From assembly GCA_052327205.1 (NCBI GenBank), contig CM126209.1, positions 139,872,001 through 139,936,000 on the forward strand: a DNA stretch of 64,000 nucleotides, given 5' to 3'. The notes below the pieces were generated by a model. It was given only the letters and a program-made list of their open reading frames with translations. It had not been told where the DNA came from and did no database searches. Positions 51,312 to 64,000 of the stretch are shown here, in pieces; within the stretch, counting starts at the first letter, position 1; each line of letters begins with the position of its first letter. The stretch comes from Somniosus microcephalus. Taxonomy: Eukaryota. The position numbers were made by a program, and so were the translations under genes.

Positions 51312-51535
51312 AAAAACAGTAAATGCTGGAAACACTCAGCGGGTCAGGCAGCTTCTGTGGAGAGAGAGAAACAGAGTTAATGGTTCAGGTCAATGGCATT
51401 TCATCAGAACTGGAAGAGATGTAACGACCTTTAAGCAAATACAGAGCCAGGGAAAGGGTGGGGGGAGCAAGAAAAGAACAGAAGGGAGAGGTCTTTGATG
51501 GAGCGGAGGGCAGGAGTGATTAAATGACAAGAGGC
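51312..51535 (-). mobile_element. Penelope-type short repeat, degenerate hammerhead
   Basis: Same family as 16560-16880. Minus strand reads ctgatga...gaac. Confidence 0.6.
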
Positions 51536-51869
51536 GGTGCCCATTATGCGTTTTCAAACCCTGTACACTGTCTGAGGAAGAGAGACTAAAGGGGGTACAT
51601 TTTTTGAGGTCCTGCAAAGCAATGAGTTAGAGCAGGATTCTGGGTTTGAATACATAGGGATGCAGGGAAGAGGACGATTGCGTAGAATGGTGTACTTCAA
51701 GCATAGAGGGAACAAGAGAGGAAGCCCATCAATTCATGTCCGTTCCACCACCTGCCCCACCAGGGGAATTGATTATCCATGAATATATTTTAAAATGTAA
51801 GTTTCCCTGATGGCCTATCACTATCACAGGTGCCATCTGGTGTGACATGGAGTCACATAGACCAAGGAA

Positions 51870-52060
51870 GTCCCAGTTTCTATCCCCAGTCTGTGCTGAG
51901 TTAGCAGATCTCAGTTGAGGTGACAGTAAGGGTGCAACAATAATTCTTGGTGATCCTAGGTTAAGAGAGAAAAGTCAGCAGGATTCCTGCTCCTGATCGC
52001 AATCCAGCGCCCGTGGTTTGCAGCATGTGTGGATATCAAATAAGGACAAGATTGGGCCAT
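51870..52060 (+). mobile_element. Old SINE-like repeat (unassigned family, several copies in the window)
   Basis: gtgctgagttagcagatctcag...cctgctcctgatcgcaatccag recurs near 3460-3645(-), 7680-7900(+), 16905-17040(+), 18335-18470(+), 53040-53180(-) and 56150-56250(-). Confidence 0.55.
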
Positions 52061-53544
52061 CACTCATAACTCAATTGCACCAGCTTGGTCAACCACAAAA
52101 GTTGGCAAGGCATTGCCACCAACATAGGCTGTTCACAGGCTTACTTTTCTTGCTTGCAAGCAAGAAGATGATCAACCTAGGAGTTTCCAAATCTTGTGGC
52201 CCTGTTTCGATTGGAAATAGCCTGAGGTCATCGTCATCAACCAGACTGTTTCGCACATTCAAATAGTCACTTCCTCATGGTTAAGTCCACCATCAGCATT
52301 ATTAAAAAAAAATGTTATGGAACATATGATATTGGTATTAATACTGTCAACGCAATGACATTGGGCATTACATAATATCAACCTGCAGTACACCAGGAGC
52401 TCTGATCCAAGCCTGTACTGTACTTGGTCTCCTCAGGGTGCCTGGCACTTGATCTGAGAGTAGAGACAGGGTGTTGCCTTACTGCCCAATACACCCTTCA
52501 AACTTCGGAGTGAGAGTGAAGATTAGCATAGAATCTGCAAGAGGTCTTTCCACCATGGCCTGTGCTATGATCAATCACAGCCTGTCATCACTATACCACA
52601 ACAATACATCACTTTGACAGGCCTAGAAGCCTGGGCCTACTCATTAATCTTCCTTCTCGTTAGTGATGGGATCACAGAGCATAAAGGACTTTGAAAGACA
52701 GATAGAGGCCTCACACCCTCTGACCAGGGAATCATTGAATTCAAGTGGGACTTACCAGGAATTAAAACAAATTAGCAGGCTGGAACACAATTTCTAAAAG
52801 ATGGAAATGGGACTAAGGAAAACTGTAGTATATTTGTTTAGAAATCCAGCCATGCAACATGTTACTGAAGTCTGTTGTTTTTAATTTTTGGCGCCAATTT
52901 TCCTCATCTTTCCTCCTGGTCACTCCTGAAGTTTGTGGACTCTTGCTGGGGTTCCATTCCCAGCAGCCCTCGCGTACTTCACCCCAGTTGCCATTTTTCA
53001 TGCGTGACACTGGCTAATATGTCAACATGTGCACACTTTCCAGCAAGGGTGACTGGCTATACAATGAAGAGCGGGAATGCGGGCTGATGTTTCTTTTCCC
53101 CTCCCAGCCCAGGGGCTCTGAGGCCAACTGCTGCCTTGCGGCGACCGACTAACTCATCACGGACAGGAGGTCAATCCTGGCATTATATGGCTTAGTACTC
53201 CACCATGCAGGTTTAAGGCTGCTTTGGGGAATTTGTAGGGATGAATTTCTGGGGAGGTTCCTGATCATACGCCATAGCTTGGTCTTTGTGTACGCCATTA
53301 TTCCAGGATTCCCACAGCTATTCAGCCAAAGTTACAACGGAAAATTGGGAGAACCCTAGTGGAAGTTCATCCCCGTGGAGTTGATGTCCATCCAGTCTTC
53401 TCTTTTTACCCCTCCTTTATGTAAGGCGGTGATTCCCTTTGGATTATGGGTCCACAGGGACCAGCAGCCTTCCAGTACCTCACTAAGGTCAACATTCTTC
53501 AGTATCAGGAGGCTGTTTGACTGTGATATGCATCACAGTTCAGC

Positions 53545-55868
53545 ATGAGAAAGGATTATTTAGCAATCTTGTTGTGCAAGGCCCCTTGGGTCAGAGCAAT
53601 CATAATATGATAGAATTCTTCATTAAGATGGAGAGTGAAGTAGTTGACTCAGAGACTAGGGTCCTGAATTTAAATAAAGGAAACTACGATGGTATGAGGC
53701 GCGAGTTGGGTAGGATTGATTGGGGAATGTTACTCAAAGGGTTGACGGTGGATAGGCAATGGCAAACATTCAAAGATCGCATGGATGAACTACAGAATTT
53801 GTTCATCCCAGTTTGGCATAAAAATAAAACAAAAAGGTGACTCAACCGTGGCTAACAAGGGAAATTAGGGATAGCATAAGATCCAAGGAGAGGACATATA
53901 AATTGGCCAGAAAAAGCAATAAACCTGAGGATTGGGAGCAGTTTAGGATTCAGCAAAGGAGGACAAAGGGATTAATTAAGAGGGGGAAAATAGAGCATGA
54001 GAGTAAGCTTTCAGGGAACATAAAAACTGACTGTAAAAGCTTCTATAGATATGTGAAGAGAAAAAGATTGGTGAAGTCAGGTGTAGAGGTCCCTTGCAGT
54101 CCGAATCAGGGGAATTTATAATGGGGAACAAAGAAATACATACTTTGGTTCTGTCTTCACAAAGGAGGACACAAATAACCTCCCAGAGATGTCGGGGAAC
54201 ATAGGATCTAATGAGAGGGAGGAACTGAAAGAAATCAGTATTTGTAGGGAAATGGTGTTAGGGAAATTGACGGGATTGAAGGCCGATAAATCCCCAGGGC
54301 CTGATAATCTACATCCTAGGGTACTTAAGGAAGTGGCCCTAGAAATAGTAGATGCATTGCTAGTCATCTTCCAAAATTCGATAGATTCTGGAACAGTTCC
54401 CATGGATTGGAGGGTAGCTAATGTTACCCAACTATTCAAAAAAGGTGGTAGAGAGAAAACGGGGAATTATAGACCGGTAAGCCTGACATCGGTAGTGCGG
54501 AAAATGCTAGAGTCCATTATAAAAGATGTAATAGCAGAGCACTTGGAAAACAGTGACAGGATCGGACAAAGTCAACATGGATTTACAAAAGGTAAATCAT
54601 GCTTGACTAATCTACTGGAATTTTTTGAGGATGTAACTGGTAGAATAGATAAGGGAGAACGAGTGGATGTGGTGTATTTGGACTTTCAGAAGGCTTTCAA
54701 TAAGGTCCCACATAAGAGATTAGCGTGTAAAGTTAAGGCACATGGGATTGGGGGCAAGGTACTGACTTGGATAGAGAACTGGTTGGCAGACAAGAAGCAA
54801 AGAGTTGGAATAAACGGGTCTTTTTCCGAGTGGCAGGCAGTGACTACTGGGGTACCACAGGGATCGGTACTAGGACCCCAGCTATTCACAATATATATAA
54901 ATGATCTAGACGAGGAAACTAGATGTAATATCTCCAAGTTTGCAGACAACACAAAGCTGGGCGTGTGTGCTGTGAGGAGGATGCCGAGAAACTCCAGTAT
55001 GATTTGAACAGGTTGGGTGATTGGGCAGAAGCATGGCAAATGCAGTATAATGTGGATAAATGTGAGGTTATCCACTTTGGTGGCAAAAACAGGAAGGCAG
55101 ATTATTATCTGAACGGCAATAGATTGGGAGAAGGGGAAGTGCAACGAGACCTGGGTGTCCTTGTGCACCAGTCGCTGAAGGTAAGCATGCAGGTGCAGCA
55201 GGCGGCTAAGAAGGCCAATGGTATGTTGGCTTTCGTAACGAGAGGGTTCGAGTACAGGAACAAGGATGTCTTGCTGCAGTTGTACAGGGCCTTGGTGAGA
55301 CCACATCTTGAGTATTGTGTGCAGGTTTGGTCGCCTTATCTGAGGAAGGATGTTCTTGCCATGGAGGGAGTGCAGCGAAGATTCACCAGACTGACACCTG
55401 GGATGGCAGGAATGACGTATGAGGAGAGATTGGGTCGATTGGGCTTATACTTGCTGGAGTTTAGAAGAATGAGAGGGGATCTCATTGAAACTTATAAAAT
55501 TCTAACCGGACTAGACAGACTAGATGCAGGAAGGATGTTCCCGATGGCCGGGGAGTCCAGAACCAGGGGTCACATTCTAAGGATAAGGGGTAAGCCATTT
55601 AGGACAGAGATGAGGAGGAATTTCTTCACCCAGAGAGTGGTGAACCTGTGGAATTCTCTACCACAGAAGGCAGTGGAGGCCAATTCATTAAATATATTCA
55701 AGAAGGAGTTAGATATATTTCTTAAGGCTAAAGGGATCAAGGGATATGGGGAGAAGGCAGGGGCAGGGTACTGAATTTGGATGATCAGCCATGATCTCAT
55801 TGAATGGCGGAGCAGGTTCGAGGGGCCGAATGGCCTATTCCTGCTCCTATATTCTATGTTTCTATGTT
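53545..55868 (+). mobile_element. CR1 LINE, 5'-truncated ORF2 with frameshifts and intact 3' end
   Basis: ORFs 53517-53840, 53837-54121, 54189-55007 ([14 protein letters not shown]) and 54965-55774. (ttctatgt)n tail. Confidence 0.95.
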
Positions 55869-55888
55869 TCAATCTTGCTTTCATTTAA

Positions 55889-56089
55889 CAGTGACTGCTG
55901 CCAACGACTGGCCGACTGCGCACTCCAGCAACCGGAAGCATGATGTTTCTGTTTTTTTTAAACGAGCACGCTAACGAGGCCGCTCCCTTCCTGGCTTTAT
56001 GAAAAACATTTTTAACGAGCCCGCTCCCATGACGAACCGGAAGTACACATGCGCATAATGCTTCCAGTTCGTTGGCAGCAGTCGCGTCC
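55889..56089. mobile_element. ~200-bp MITE with ~19-bp subterminal inverted repeats and a 9-bp TSD
   Basis: gactgctgccaacgactgg (55893) versus ccagttcgttggcagcagtc (56064-56083). ttcatttaa at 55880-55888 and 56090-56098. Confidence 0.7.
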
Positions 56090-56445
56090 TTCATTTAATG
56101 CCTACACTTGTGTCAGCGATACTGGATTGAAATCAGGAGCAGAGCCCGGCGTGACATTTTCCTGCCCTCATTTGGAAACAATTGTAGTACCTCTTCCGCT
56201 ATCCTGGTTGAGATCAGCTCACCCAGTGTTGATCAAGGATGGAACCTGACCTGTCTGACTCAGTACCATATCACACTGTGTAGGAATTGTCAGATCCCTA
56301 GCTGAAATACTGAGGCCGAGTCAGTCCGATAATTAAACGAAGTTTAATGTAAACTAAAGAACAAACAATGGAATGCAGGAGAAACAATCAACAGGTCTTT
56401 TCTTAAGGCTGGCTTCACGAGGTCTAACCTGGGAACCTCCCAGCC

Positions 56446-56515
56446 TGACGTCATGACGTCATCACGTTTCCCGCCGTTCGGGACGTCACGTGACCAACGT
56501 GATGACGCCATCGCG
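56446..56515. promoter_or_regulatory. CpG-rich cluster of palindromic TF motifs (2x CRE, E2F-like, CLEAR/USF E-box)
   Basis: TGACGTCA at 56446 and 56454, TTTCCCGC at 56467, GTCACGTGAC at 56485. Confidence 0.45.
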
Positions 56516-56764
56516 CTGGTTCTGGAACTTACCGAGAACGGGTTATTTACAAACAGTAAACATAGGTGCTGTAGCACTCTGTTAAAGGCAGTTATATAGT
56601 CATCCAGGAGTCCCTTGGTGGCTTTGCCACAGCTGCACAGTTACCCACTGAGTCATCAGTGGGACAGGGATTCATAGCGTTAGTAATTTGTCTTTGTTTC
56701 TCAGACATTCAGACATGTCCCGGAATTGCGACTTCTAAATTCTTGGGTACAGAAGGGGCACATT

Positions 56765-58560
56765 GCTTCCTCACCTCTCTACACTGTCAGGGAAACTCCT
56801 GGTGCCTCCTTACCTCTCCACACTGTCAGGGAAACTCCTGGTGCCTCCTCACCTCTCTACACTGCCGGGAAACTCCTGGTGCCTCCTCACCTCTCCACAC
56901 TGCCGGGAAACTCCTGGTGCCTCCTCACCTCTCTACACTGTCAGGGAAACTCCTGGTGCCTCCTCACCTCTACACTGTCAGGGAAACTCCTGGTGCCTCC
57001 TCACCTCTCTACACTGCCAGGGAAACTCCTGGTGCCTCCTCACCTCTCTACACTGCCGAGAAACTCCTGGTGCTTCCTCACCTCTCTACACTGCCGAGAA
57101 ACTCCTGGTGCCTCCTCACCTCTCTACACTGCCGAGAAACTCCTGGTGCCTCCTCACCTCTCCACACTGCCGGGAAACTCCTGGTGCCTCCTCACCTCTC
57201 TACACTGCCGAGAAACTCCTGGTGCCTCCTCACCTCTCCACACTGCCGAGAAACTCCTGGTGCCTCCTCACCTCTCTACACTGCCGAGAAACTCCTGGTG
57301 CTTCCTCACCTCTCTACACTGTCAGGGAAACTCCTGGTGCCTCCTCACCTCTCTACACTGCCGGGAAACTCCTGGTGCTTCCTCACCTCTCTACACTGCC
57401 AGGGAAACTCTTGGTGCCTCCTCACCTCTCTACACTGTCAGGGAAACTCCTGGTGCCTCCTCACCTCTCTACACTGCCAGGGAAACTCTTGGTGCCTCCT
57501 CACCTCTCTACACTGTCAGGGAAACTCTTGGTGCCTCCTCACCTCTCTACACTGTCAGGGAAACTCCTGGTGCCTCCTCACCTCTCTACACTGCCAGGGA
57601 AACTCTTGGTGCCTCCTCACCTCTCTACACTGTCAGGGAAACTCCTGGTGCCTCCTCACCTCTCTACACTGTCAGGGAAACTCCTGGTGCCTCCTCACCT
57701 CTCTACACTGCCAGGGAAACTCTTGGTGCCTCCTCACCTCTCTACACTGTCAGGGAAACTCCTGGTGCCTCCTCACCTCTCTACACTGCCGAGAAACTCC
57801 TGGTGCCTCCTCACCTCTCCACACTGCCGGGAAACTCCTGGTGCCTCCTCACCTCTCTACACTGCCGAGAAACTCCTGGTGCCTCCTCACCTCTCTACAC
57901 TGTCAGGGAAACTCCTGGTACCTCCTCACCTCTCTACACTGCCGAGAAACTCCTGGTGCCTCCTCACCTCTCTACACTGCCGAGAAACTCCTGGTGCCTC
58001 CTCACCTCTCCACACTGCCGAGAAACTCCTGGTGCCTCCTCACCTCTCTACACTGCCGAGAAACTCCTGGTGCTTCCTCACCTCTCTACACTGCCGAGAA
58101 ACTCCTGGTGCTTCCTCACCTCTCTATACTGTCAGGGAAACTCCTGGTGCCTCCTCACCTCTCTACACTGCCGAGAAACTCCTGGTGCCTCCTCACCTCT
58201 CTATACTGTCAGGGAAACTCCTGGTGCCTCCTCACCTCTCTACACTGCTGAGAAACTCCTGGTGCTTCCTCACCCCTCTACACTGCCAGCGAGCTCCTGG
58301 TGCTTCCTCACCTCTCTACATTGCCGAGAAACTCCTGGTGCCTCCTCACCCCTCTACACTGCCAGGGAGCTCCTGGTGCTTCCTCACCTCTCTACACTGC
58401 CGAGAAACTCCTGGTGCCTCCTCACCCCTCTACACTGCCAGGGAGCTCCTGGTGCCTCCTCACCTCTCTACACTGCCAGGGAGCTCCTGGTGCCTCCTCA
58501 CCTCTCTACACTGCCGAGAAACTCCTGGTGCCTCCTCACCCCTCTACACTGCCAGGGAAG
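56765..58560. repeat. 38/39-bp C-rich minisatellite (CCTCCTCACCTCTCTACACTG[CCGAG/TCAGGG]AAACTCCTGGTG), ~46 copies
   Basis: Direct periodicity with two length variants. Confidence 0.97.
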
Positions 58561-59884
58561 TCCTAGAGCACCTCATTTTCTCAGAGACTGATGTTTCCTT
58601 TTAAAAAGGCAATGGGCTGAATAATCTGTTAGGAATACTGCTAATGTTTCCACATTCCTTATCAGGAGCTTGGATTTGGAAAAGAGTTGTTGGTTTAGGT
58701 GCAGGAATTGGAACTGGTTAACACACCAGAGTAGCAGGAACCCTGTTCCACAGCAAGTAAATCCCACAGATCTGTTTTGTTAACATTATAATTTTCATTT
58801 AGTGTCTTCCGATATCAGAGAGCCTGGAGTTAAGAAAATAACAGGCCGTGTATGGGTCACCTGCTTCAGAGGCCTGGTCTTGTAGAGAATACCTACTTCA
58901 ACAAAGACTCTATTGACTCAGTTCAGCTGCCACATATGATTAAGTAGCCACTGTGTCCCGCATGAATAGAGTAAGGTTCGGGTCGATTGGCTGTCAGCAA
59001 AAACGTTATTGTTGCACCATCGACCTCTTTAACGTCTACGTTCAATGTCGTTGACTGAGCTGGGAGGTTGTATTTTTTACCAGGTCTCATGTGTGGAGCT
59101 ATTACCTTGTGACTGATTTACCGTATGACAGTGCAGCACTGTCACTGTGTGACTCATTAACACCCCTCCCTGTCGCTGTGTAACTCGTTAACCCCACCCC
59201 CCCCATCCCCTGCAGTCACTGCGTAACTCATTTTCCCCTGTCTACTCTATAATAGTGCAGCCCTGTCACCGTGTGACTGTCTTACCCTATAATAAGGGCC
59301 CTGTACAGGCCGTTCTTTTACTCTGAGATTGATGTCCACTGTCTGTATCTCTAACTGCAGTGGCCCATCGCTGGGAGAGTTGATGCTCTTTAATTTTTGA
59401 TCTGTTTCCTCCACATAAGTTGGCATGTGAGTGTGGCCCCATTTCAATTTGCCTGACACCAGAGAAATTGGTATCAAGTAGCAGGGCTGAGGCCACCTGT
59501 CACTCAGCAATAACCAGCTCCCTACTTCTTTCTTTTTTCTCCTTTGTCATTCTCTCGTTTACATTTAATTATTCTAGTAGTGGATCAGTGTAATGCGCTC
59601 CTGTAAATTTCTTCAGTACATTATTTGGATTCAATCATTAACCTGCTTAAAATAAATGGGTTAAAGACCGTGTTAGACTAGTTCACACAAGAATTTCACA
59701 TGAACGCGTTAAGCAATGTGCTATCAGAAAAAAATAAAGCCCTTTCTTGCTTCCTTCTCTTCCAAGCTGCAATGAGTGGACTATCCTGTACACTATGACC
59801 GTGAAGTTACTTTCTCATATCCACAACCTTCTAACTCAGGGGTGAGGGTGCTACTAACTTGTGACAGTTGCCAGGACTCTTGTC

Positions 59885-60243
59885 AAACCCAACTCCAGAG
59901 ACTTGAGCACATAATCTAGATTGAAATGTCAGTGTAGTACTGAGGGAGTGCCACACTGTTGGAGGTGCCGTCTTTCAGACGAGACGTTAAACCTATTCAG
60001 GTGAACGTATGGTATAATTCAAATAAGAGAAGGGAATTCTCCCAGAGTCCTGGTTAACATTCCTCTCTCAATTAACACCACCAAGGAATAAATTATTCAT
60101 TTGTTACTGTTTTGTGGAACCTTGCTGTGAACAACTTGGCTGCTGTGTTTGCCTCCATAACAACAGTGACTACACTTCAAGAGTAACACACCTGGTGATG
60201 TCCTGAGGATACAACAAGGTGCTGTGAAAATGCAAGTTCTTTC
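59885..60243 (+). mobile_element. Deu-domain SINE, diverged
   Basis: actccagagacttgagcacataatctag...gccgtctttcagacgagacgttaaacc... plus L2-like tail. Confidence 0.75.
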
Positions 60244-60630
60244 ATGTTTTCCTTTCTCTCTTGCCCTCTCTTTACACTAATTCGAGGAGTTCCTCATGGG
60301 GTACTTATGATGCACATTGTCTCCATATACTGCAGGGAAGATTCAGCATCACCATACCAACTGCAACTTTACTGTTGTGATCATGGACCCTCCGAGTATC
60401 TGGGGAGGGTCTGTACAGGCCAGCTGCAACATTAAACTCGTAGTATTGGCACGGAGACTGGGAGCTCAGCCTGCCCACAACCTGAGTCAAAGTGGTCCAC
60501 CTGATGCGAAGCATTGGTAGTTGCCTCTGGGCGCACTCCAGAGGCAGGAATCCAAACCCCCTCCTGGGATGGGTCGCCATTATCCATAGATGGATATGCT
60601 CGTCACTTACTTTGCGGCCTCCCTGCCTTC

Positions 60631-60956
60631 AACAACAACAAAAACATACGTTTATATGGTGCCTTTGAGGTAGTAAAACATCCCAAGGCACGTCACAGGA
60701 GCGATTATCAAACAAAATTTGAGACCAAGCCCCACAAGGAGATATTGGGACAGGTGACCAAATGTTTGCTTTTGAGGAGCGCCTTAAAGGAGGAGGGAGA
60801 CATAGAGAGGCGGAGAGGTTTAGGGAGGGAATTCCAGAGCGTAGGGCCTAGGCAGCTGAAGACACGGCCACCACTGGTGGAGCGATGAAAATCGGGGCTG
60901 CGCAAGAGGCCAGAATTTGAGGAGCGCAGAGATCTCAGAGGGTTGTAAGACTGGAG
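60631..60956 (-). mobile_element. L2 3' end, target of the Gypsy-3 insertion
   Basis: Homologous to 185-510 and cut off at the LTR start. Confidence 0.85.
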
Positions 60957-63900
60957 TGTTATGTATTGTGTGTTCTATTGTGTGTTCTCCTCCCACCTGT
61001 GGTGGCGCTGTCACAGGAGATAAATGGTTGGGTGTTCTCTGTTAAGTTTAGCTCTCTTTGTTCGGAACTTTCCAGAACTTCTTTTCCTTCCAATAAAGCA
61101 CTTCATGTTTGAATCTCTGAGTTCTGAGTCCTAAATTGTGTCTAGGTAGAAAGGTACCGACACAACAAGTGGCAACGAGGAGCGGATGAATCTGCGTACA
61201 TTACGGGTGCAGTGAGTAAACAGAAATTTTAATTTGAAACGTGAGATGGCTACTATATTAGGAAACATTGGTGATTTTGATGAAAATGTGGAGCAATGGA
61301 GCGCTTATACGGAACGTTTTGACTATTTTGTATTGGCGAATGCGGTGGCAAATGAAAAGGTCGTGCCTACCTTTTTGAGTGTAATCGGGCCGAAGACATT
61401 CAATTTACTTTGCAGCCTCATGCAGCCAGATAAGCCAGGAACTAAAACATATAAGCAACTAGTGGAAATTCTTGGAGCACGTTTTTCACCAAAACCTCTG
61501 GTTATTGCTGAGAGATTTAGATTTCACAAATGGAATCAAGAGGAGGGGGAAACAGTGACGATGTTTATTGCTGCTTTAAAAAGGTTGTCAGAACACTGCG
61601 AGTTCAAGGAGGTGCTGAATGACACCATTAGAGACAGACTTGTGTGTGGTCTGCAAAATGCAGCCACACAGAAGCGCCGCCTTACTGAGGACAACCTTAC
61701 TCTTGAAAAGGCCATTGAAGTTAGTGTCTCCATGGAGATGGCGGAAAAGGAGGCTCACCAGTTGAGTTCAACAGGGAGTGTTCACAAGGTGTCGTCTGAG
61801 CCTAAAGGTGCACGGAACGGCACATGTTACCGTTGTGGGAAAACGGGCCATCACGCTAATGACTGCTGGTGTACGGAGCTGGAATGCCGAAATTGTGGCA
61901 AAAAGGGTCACATTGAACGCGCCTGTAGAGGTAAAAAAAAAACAGACAGAGCTGGGAAGCATGGAAGCAAAATGTCTGTATTTGGACAAGAGAGGAAAAA
62001 GAGTGTTCATTCAGTGCAGTATGATGGAACAAGCAAAACAGAGGGGAGCGACACCTCTGAGGAGGAAGAGGTGCACATACTGACGGTTGCAGGTGATTCA
62101 AATGGCTACTGGGTATCACCATTGGTGGAGGGACAATCAGTGCGGATGGAGGTGGACGCAGGCGCGGCTGTGTCCCTTGTTTCAGACACTGTCTACAACA
62201 AAATGCTAAAGCATCTTACCCTTCAGCCAACAAACATTGTGCTAAAGACTTATACCGGCGAACCTGTGGCCATGAGAGGCGTCATTGAGGTGACAGTTAA
62301 ATTGAATGGATAGACTGCAAAACTGCCACTATATGTGGTAAAGGGAAATTACCCATCGCTACTGGGACGTGCGTGGCTAGAGAAAATCACGCTGGACTGG
62401 CCTGCAGTCCGCATGATGTCAAAAGGGGAGTCAGGTCTGACTGCAGTTTTAAACAAACATGCAGAACTCTTCAATGGGGAACTTGGGAGCATGAAAAAGA
62501 TCAGCGTGAGACTGGACATTAAACCTGACAGCAAGCCAAAGTTTCACAAAGTCCGACCTGTACCCTATGCAATTAGGCCAAAAGTTGAGGCTAACTTGGA
62601 GGCCTTAGTCGAGAATGGAGTCCTGGAGCCTGTGAGCGTGAGCAAATGGGCCACACCCATTGTTCCTGTCCTGAAAAAGGATGGATCTGTTCGAATCTGC
62701 GGGGATTTTAAAGTGACTATTAACCTGGTGCTGCCTGCGGAACAGTACCCTCTTCCCCTCATTGATGATCTTTTTACGGGTCTGGCCGGAGGGCAAAAGT
62801 TCAGCAAAATAGACTTATGCCAGGCTTATCTACAAATGCATGTCGATGACAAATCAAAGGAGCTGCTGACAATTGTGACACACAAGGGGCTATACAGGTA
62901 CTGCCGCCTTCTGTTTGGAATTACGTCAGCCCCTGCTCTATTCCAAAGGGCAATGGATCAGATTTTGAGTGGACTGCCAGGAATCCAGTGCTACCTGGAT
63001 GACATCCTTGTCACTGGGACAAATGAGGAGGATCATCTTCTGAACTTGGATGCGACACTACAACGACTGAAAGAGTACGGACTCACAGTTCGTAAAGACA
63101 AATGTGAATTCTTTCAGTCTTCAGTTGAGTACCTGGGGCATGTGATTGACGCTACTGGCCTGCATAAGGCGCCGTCAAAGGTCAAGGCAATCGTGGAGGC
63201 CCCAGCACCCCAGAATGTGAGCCAGTTACGTTCATTTCTGGGGCTACTTAACTACTATGGGAAGTTTATTCCAGACTTAGCAACATTGCTGAAGCCGTTA
63301 CATCAGTTGCTATGTCAAGGCAAAACATGGAAATGGACTGAACTGTGCAACGAAGCTTTCGCCCAAGCAAAGAAAGCATTGCTGAAATCGGAGGTCCTGA
63401 CACACTTCGACCCAAAGCTACCCATGCAGCTAGCATGTGATGCATCACCATATGGTGTGGGAGCAGTCATATCCCACATCATGCCTTTGGGTGAAGCGAA
63501 ACCTATCGCCTTCGCATCATGCACCTTGAACAAGGCCGAGAGTAACTATGCGCAGATCGAGCGCGAGGCCTTGGGAATCGTTTTTGGAATTCGAAAATTT
63601 CATCAGTACCTGTTTGGGAGAAGGTTCACACTCCTGACGGACCACCGTCCATTGACTTCAATCTTCGGGCCCCACACCGGAATTCCATCTTTCGCTGCAA
63701 GCAGGATGCAAAGGTGGGCTTTACTGTTGTCAGGACACACATACGACATCAAATATCGCAAATCAGACTTGCACGGCAACGCAGACGGTCTCTCGAGGCT
63801 ACCCTTGCCTGTTACTCCCCCAGAGCCTCGTCAGATAGACATCTTCTACTTTAGACAAGTGGAGGGAGCACCTGTCACTGCAGTTCAGGTGCGAAGGTAC

Positions 63901-64000
63901 ACCCGCAACGATCCAGTCCTGTCTGAGGTAATGGACGATGTCATTCGAGGGAGCGCGATAGGAGATTCTCCTAGTTTGAAACCTTACGTTTCAAAAAGAA
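60957..64000 (+). mobile_element. Ty3/Gypsy LTR retrotransposon (Mag-like), Gypsy-3, truncated by the window end
   Basis: 5' LTR 60957-61167 (TGTT...AACA, AATAAA inside). PBS TGGCAACGAGG at 61170. gag-pol follows. Confidence 0.95.
61246..64000 (+). pseudogene. Gypsy-3 gag-pol, single reading frame with one in-frame TAG (62311-62313)
   Basis: Two CCHC knuckles and protease VDAG. After the stop the frame continues LLGR...RICGDFK...YLDD (62992)...ACDASPYGVG...TDHRPL toward the window end. Confidence 0.9.

Noticed and set aside
62311-62313. Programmed gag-pol stop read-through
   Set aside because: The TAG falls inside the protease domain, before the LLGR motif. It is best explained as a CAG>TAG mutation.

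Overview
Eukaryotic, repeat-dense vertebrate DNA, almost certainly from a cartilaginous fish (shark). The basis is the repeat content: an HE1/V-SINE, Deu-domain SINEs, CR1, L2 and RTE LINEs, Penelope-type short repeats, Harbinger and hAT derivatives, and three Ty3/Gypsy LTR retrotransposons. Two Gypsy copies are complete but decayed; the third runs off the window. There are four large tandem arrays: 34 bp, 28 bp, 38/39 bp, and an ~8.8 kb CA/CG alternating array. Almost all long ORFs in the track are TE remnants or tandem-repeat artefacts. The only host-gene evidence is on the + strand: a CTCF/CCAAT promoter-like region near 8.1 kb, a probable 5' exon (8497-8607) and a signal-peptide exon (13259-13361). 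I cannot identify the gene. The most notable observations are an intact-looking minimal hammerhead ribozyme in a TSD-flanked Penelope-type element, stepwise one-strand A>G (CA>CG) conversion across the big array, a local ~220 bp inverted duplication, an extended tRNA-Ser-like PBS, a non-canonical LTR end and a MITE with a 9-bp TSD. I found no convincing wholly new multi-gene system. All family assignments are from pattern recognition, not database searches. Boundaries without a TSD are approximate.
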